Below, one piece after another: positions 60,085-64,000 of a stretch of DNA of 64,000 bases (position 1 is the first letter of the stretch; the number at the start of each line of letters is the position of its first letter). The notes below the pieces were generated by a model. That model saw nothing but the letters and a program-made list of their open reading frames with translations, searched no databases and was not told the DNA's origin. The translations under genes were made by a program, and so were the position numbers. The stretch is taken from the IMG/VR virus record IMGVR_UViG_3300048881_000780; one strand, 5' to 3'. This DNA is from a virus. Its lineage: Duplodnaviria; Caudoviricetes.

Positions 60085-61440
60085 TTAGGCAACCATCTTT
60101 ATGTTATTTTCTTCTCTTAGTTTTAAAATATGCTCACAGATTTTTCTTACAATAACATAAGCATGAGAGTAAAGAATCGACTGTCCTAGTCCCTCATGAG
60201 CAACAGTATCGGAAATTCCTCTAACTAGGTCAGCGGGAATTCCCTTTATTCTGGCGTGTTCTACTGGATTAAATAATCTTATATCTCCGCTGATCCCATC
60301 TTGGTAATGTGGGTTTGAAATTTGTCTCTTAGAATAATTTCTTGGAATAACTCCAACTAATTCACATTCGTCACTAACAAAGTTTCTCTTAAATCCTCTA
60401 CCCTTTTTTAAATTCTCAACTTCTCTTTTTTGAAAGTACTCTCCGCTAAAGAATCTATCTTCATTTTTATCTAAGAGCTCGCCAATATTATTAAATTCTC
60501 TCTTAGGTAGAAAATCTTTAATATTATCAAAGTTAAAACCATTGGCCATCTTTTCGCTTATAGCGACAAACCAGTATCTCTTTCTCTTTTCAAGAGAGTT
60601 TGAGTGTGTTTCATCTAGATTAATTTCAAAAACTCTATAACCAAGTCTTCTGAGTTCTGACTTAAATAGAACGTAGGTGGCAGAAGTTCTCGCTTGAATA
60701 ACATTTTCAGAAATAATTATTGAAGGATTAGTTTTGTAGATAACTTTAATGGCACCAAAGATAGCAGTTGAATCTTTTGAGTGATCCTCTGCCTTTTTGA
60801 TTTTATTACTAGTTTTTCCAGCTGGAGAGTGTCCCGTACAAGGTAGCGAGAGTGATAGTATATCTAGAGAGCTCAAATCTCTAGTATCACAATCTTCTAA
60901 ATTACCTTGAATAACCAGAGAGTCCTCACTTAGAGTTACATTATTCTTTTTCGCGGCCTGAAGATACTTGGCCTCTCTCTCCATAATTAGAGATACTTTA
61001 CTATTTATATTGGAGTCTTCCATCGCTTTATTAATAGCGTGAGCAGATACTCCAATTCCGTAACAAAGAGCTCCCTCGTGAAGAGTTTCATTATTAAGTA
61101 GTCTATAATCACGCTCTCTTTTGGCCATTCCCTCTGCGTGTCTTCTAATTGTTATTTTTCCGTCAAACACTCTAGCAGTTATTAATTCATCAACTTCAAA
61201 GATATCTAGAAGCCATTTTCCACAAAGATCAATAATAGCAACGCTCTCACCATTTCTTCTCTTGCCAGATACTTTTCTCTTACCCTTTCTATCGAGAATT
61301 AGAGAAATCTCATCATTAGTTACTTTCATCGAGTACTTAGAGTCTCTTTTGAACCCACCTGAATCGAGTTTTACCCCCTCAAACCATGCCCTACCGCCCT
61401 TTGCAGTTAATGATACTCTAGTGTTGATAATCTCTCTCAT
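60085..61440 (-). CDS. C5-cytosine DNA methyltransferase with N-terminal extension
   Basis: SLPCTGHS, SENV, RKRYW motifs; AAGGAG before ATG 61440. Confidence 0.9.
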   Translation of the reverse strand: MREIINTRVSLTAKGGRAWFEGVKLDSGGFKRDSKYSMKVTNDEISLILDRKGKRKVSGKRRNGESVAIIDLCGKWLLDIFEVDELITARVFDGKITIRRHAEGMAKRERDYRLLNNETLHEGALCYGIGVSAHAINKAMEDSNINSKVSLIMEREAKYLQAAKKNNVTLSEDSLVIQGNLEDCDTRDLSSLDILSLSLPCTGHSPAGKTSNKIKKAEDHSKDSTAIFGAIKVIYKTNPSIIISENVIQARTSATYVLFKSELRRLGYRVFEINLDETHSNSLEKRKRYWFVAISEKMANGFNFDNIKDFLPKREFNNIGELLDKNEDRFFSGEYFQKREVENLKKGRGFKRNFVSDECELVGVIPRNYSKRQISNPHYQDGISGDIRLFNPVEHARIKGIPADLVRGISDTVAHEGLGQSILYSHAYVIVRKICEHILKLREENNIKMVA

Positions 61441-61587
61441 GTGGATCTCCTTAGAAATGTATATCTTTCTATACAAAATATGTATAAATACACACACAAT
61501 CTTAACACATTGCGTTACCATTGTAAATACAAATAAAAGAAATGTTTTCTAATCAAGTACTCGAAGTAACTTGATTAAAAATAGTAA

Positions 61588-61722
61588 TATTACGATTGTT
61601 TATATTACGATTGTTTATATTACGATTGTTTATATTACGATTGTTTATATTACGATTGTTTATATTACGATTGTTTATATTACGATTGTTTATATTACGA
61701 TTGTTTATATTACGATTGTTTA
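61588..61722. repeat. perfect 15-bp tandem repeat x9 (TATTACGATTGTTTA)
   Basis: Counted directly; last unit is the 3' end of 61710..62021. Confidence 0.95.
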
Positions 61723-62021
61723 ATTAGTTTGAATTTCTTAAAACTTAAAACATCGGAAATTGCTTCATCAAGATCATACTCTTCATTTAAAATCTCCAAT
61801 AGCCTTGATTCTGTGTAATTATTACCAAAAGATCCAGAGCACCACTCTCTAACTTCTCTTTCTGTAATAAGATTAAGTTGTTTATCTTCATCATCGGAAT
61901 ACTTATTAAAGCAAGAAGAGCAGTAATCTTTCTTGTCTTCCCTGTTTTCATAGTAATCAACGCTATCAACAATGTGAGAACCACAAATGTCACATAAGAG
62001 CTTGTCTTCTTCGTTATACAT
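61710..62021 (-). CDS. Zn-finger hypothetical protein
   Basis: CDICG and CSSC pairs. Confidence 0.65.
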   Translation of the reverse strand: MYNEEDKLLCDICGSHIVDSVDYYENREDKKDYCSSCFNKYSDDEDKQLNLITEREVREWCSGSFGNNYTESRLLEILNEEYDLDEAISDVLSFKKFKLIKQS

Positions 62022-62048
62022 ACTACTCTTCCATTAATCCAAAGTAAT

Positions 62049-62392
62049 TTAATTCCAAATTTCTGGGATAGTTTGAATATGCTCAATTCCATCACTTTCA
62101 ACTAACTCAATGCCATCCTTTGGTCCATGGGGACAGTCAATAATCTTTAATTCACTAATTCTTGAATTGGCCTCTTCTCCAAGCTCTGTTACACAATCAA
62201 TAATATCTGGATGAGATCTAAATGCTAGTGTTCTTGTGAAACTATTTGTATAGTCTCCACTACCAACCTCATAGAGATAGTAAGGATTTCCTTTACGTGC
62301 ACCTTTAGTCCAACCACGCTCTTTACGAGCCAGTCAACCGCTTTTTCTGATAAACTAAATCCACCATGTTTAATATTAATTACATATTTCAT
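62049..62392 (-). pseudogene. frameshifted phage-type hypothetical gene (1-bp deletion near 62322-62324)
   Basis: MKYVINIKHGGFSLS.. and ..RSHPDIIDCVTELGEEAN..DGIEHI lie in different frames; span 344 bp. Confidence 0.7.
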
Positions 62393-62393
62393 T

Positions 62394-62745
62394 TTATTCC
62401 CCCACCTCTCTTATAGATTCTAGGCCGTGTTCATTAATTAACTCAATTTCAATCTCATCATCAAAGAAGTATTCGCTAATTTGCAAATTCGAGCCTCTGC
62501 CACTGGCCTGATCACCTAGATATGTTACACAGTCGATTAGATCACTATTTTTTCTAAAATCTAAATTGTCAGTATTTGTATTCACTCGGTAATGATCAAC
62601 GCTATCTTCAACTAAAAAGAAATCAATTTCCTCATCACCTTCTTTACCGACTCTCCAGTCTCCAGTCTCTATTCTCTTTTAGCCACTCAAGGGCCTTATT
62701 ACTAAGTTTAAATGCCCCATTGGACCTATTTATTACATATTTCAA
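62394..62745 (-). pseudogene. frameshifted paralog (7-bp duplication at 62654-62667)
   Basis: TCCAGTC x2; removing one copy gives a 345-bp ORF from TTG after AAGGAG. Confidence 0.75.
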
Positions 62746-62838
62746 AGATAACTCCTTTTTTATCTTATCGTAAAATCCATAAACTAAACATTGACACCTT
62801 ATGTTAACAATGATAAAATATTATAACCGGAGAATAGT

Positions 62839-63123
62839 ATGAGCGAAAGAAGAACTTTAAATAGTATTAAGAGAGTTAATTACTACCTACTAACTAAAGC
62901 GATCGAGAAAGTTAATTGCTCATATCATTTAACAATACTTAAAGGAATAGATTTAAATAATCTATCGCAATCAGATATTGATACAATAAATTTATTTATC
63001 TTTGAAGAGACTCATCCAGAGGTATTCATAGATGTTAAAAAAACTCCCAAATTAAAAGAGTGTAATATGGAAAATATCGCCAAATTAATTAGTGAAAAGT
63101 CTAGGAGTTTAAATGTATTCTAA
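62839..63123 (+). CDS. hypothetical protein
   Basis: Promoter at 62791, GGAG RBS. Confidence 0.6.
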   Translation: MSERRTLNSIKRVNYYLLTKAIEKVNCSYHLTILKGIDLNNLSQSDIDTINLFIFEETHPEVFIDVKKTPKLKECNMENIAKLISEKSRSLNVF

Positions 63124-63541
63124 AAATGTAGAAACTTTCTTAACTATGTATAGAGATTCCATTAAATATAATGATTTTAAAATTGATGGTCCTCTATTTA
63201 TATTCTTTGAAAATTTTAGAGATAGAAAAGATGAGTATGATAGACCTTCTCATACTAAAGAAGAATTAGAACTTGCCAATCAGGTATCCAGAGAAAGAGA
63301 TTTTATTCTAACTTCAAGTGAAGTTAAGGAAATAAATCAGGCCATTAAAGAGATGGGCTATTATAGTGAAGTGGTTATTGATCCTCCCTCGTGTGGAAGT
63401 AGACCGGCCTCAAGTCATTTTAAAGTATTAAATAGTCCCATTTGGATGGAAAGAAGTAGACTAAAGAGTATTTTGACAAAGACTATTTTTATGGTCATTG
63501 TTATTGGTTTAATCGTCTTTAAAACTAATTCTAACTTATAA
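63113..63541 (+). CDS. hypothetical protein with C-terminal TM
   Basis: AGGAG RBS. Confidence 0.6.
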   Translation: MYSKNVETFLTMYRDSIKYNDFKIDGPLFIFFENFRDRKDEYDRPSHTKEELELANQVSRERDFILTSSEVKEINQAIKEMGYYSEVVIDPPSCGSRPASSHFKVLNSPIWMERSRLKSILTKTIFMVIVIGLIVFKTNSNL

Positions 63542-63591
63542 ATTTTAAATAACAATGTGAAACTAAGTTTCATTTATAGAGAGATAATTTT

Positions 63592-64000
63592 ATGAGTCAC
63601 TATACAAATTGGAGAGGATATTTAGAGTTTGAAGATGAGAAGTCTTTAAAGCAAGCGGTCTCAAAAATTGAGAAATGGAATGAAAGCAAGGATAAATTAA
63701 AATATAGAGTAGAAAATGGATTAAGTGTCGTTATTACTCCTGTTTTATCATTATTTAGTGATGACTCTAATATTGTCCCATGTGAAGATCATGAATCATT
63801 AATTAGGAATCTAATTACTCTAACTAATAATCACCTACTTATTGGAACCAGTGAAGATGCAGAGTTTGAAGGATATCTCTACTACAATAGAAAGAGTTTT
63901 GTTATTGATTTGGCAGACTGGGGAGAGTCTAAGGATTTTGAAAATTTAAATCTAAGTAAGTATGCTCTGGATGATCCCAATTATGCATCGACAGAAATTG
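63592..64000 (+). CDS. family B hypothetical protein, truncated by window edge
   Basis: MSHYTNWRGYLEFED resembles MARYSYWNGKIQFKD of 41707..42225; open to window end. Confidence 0.65.
   Translation, partial: MSHYTNWRGYLEFEDEKSLKQAVSKIEKWNESKDKLKYRVENGLSVVITPVLSLFSDDSNIVPCEDHESLIRNLITLTNNHLLIGTSEDAEFEGYLYYNRKSFVIDLADWGESKDFENLNLSKYALDDPNYASTEI

Noticed and set aside
56940-61440. Complete restriction-modification system
   Set aside because: No recognisable restriction endonuclease beside either MTase; treated as orphans.
61588-61722. CRISPR array
   Set aside because: Repeats are contiguous 15-mers without spacers, and no cas genes are present.
61787-62101. 104-aa ORF from the track
   Set aside because: Overlaps 61710..62021 and the frameshifted gene in another frame, with no RBS.

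Overview
AT-rich, gene-dense window of mostly small ORFans, resembling the accessory region of a large plasmid or jumbo-phage-like replicon. No rep, capsid, terminase, conjugation, rRNA, tRNA or CRISPR features are visible, so replicon type is unresolved; a Bdellovibrionota/Halobacteriovorax-like host is only a guess from gene content. Recognisable genes: 11 PKD+DUF285/BspA-type LRR proteins, a CobS/CobT-like AAA+/VWA pair, NADAR-macrodomain fusion, two ART-like proteins, ITPase, M17 and S49 peptidases, two DEDDh exonucleases, HNH nuclease, two DNA methyltransferases, two histidine kinases, a response regulator and a heme-oxygenase-like/acyltransferase-like cluster. Best candidates for an undescribed system: (1) a C-terminal tag N-x-W-[LIF]-x-[SA]-[LI] on 10 of 11 LRR proteins and 5 non-LRR proteins; (2) three copies of a ~88-nt sRNA with an anti-SD plus GU-rich seed, each back-to-back with a divergent RNA showing complementary CACAC loops; (3) a 17-bp palindrome TTRACR-N5-YGTYAA at ~29 upstream regions, and a second motif WACGATAAG at fixed spacing before 11 genes. 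All calls are by eye; no database searches were run.
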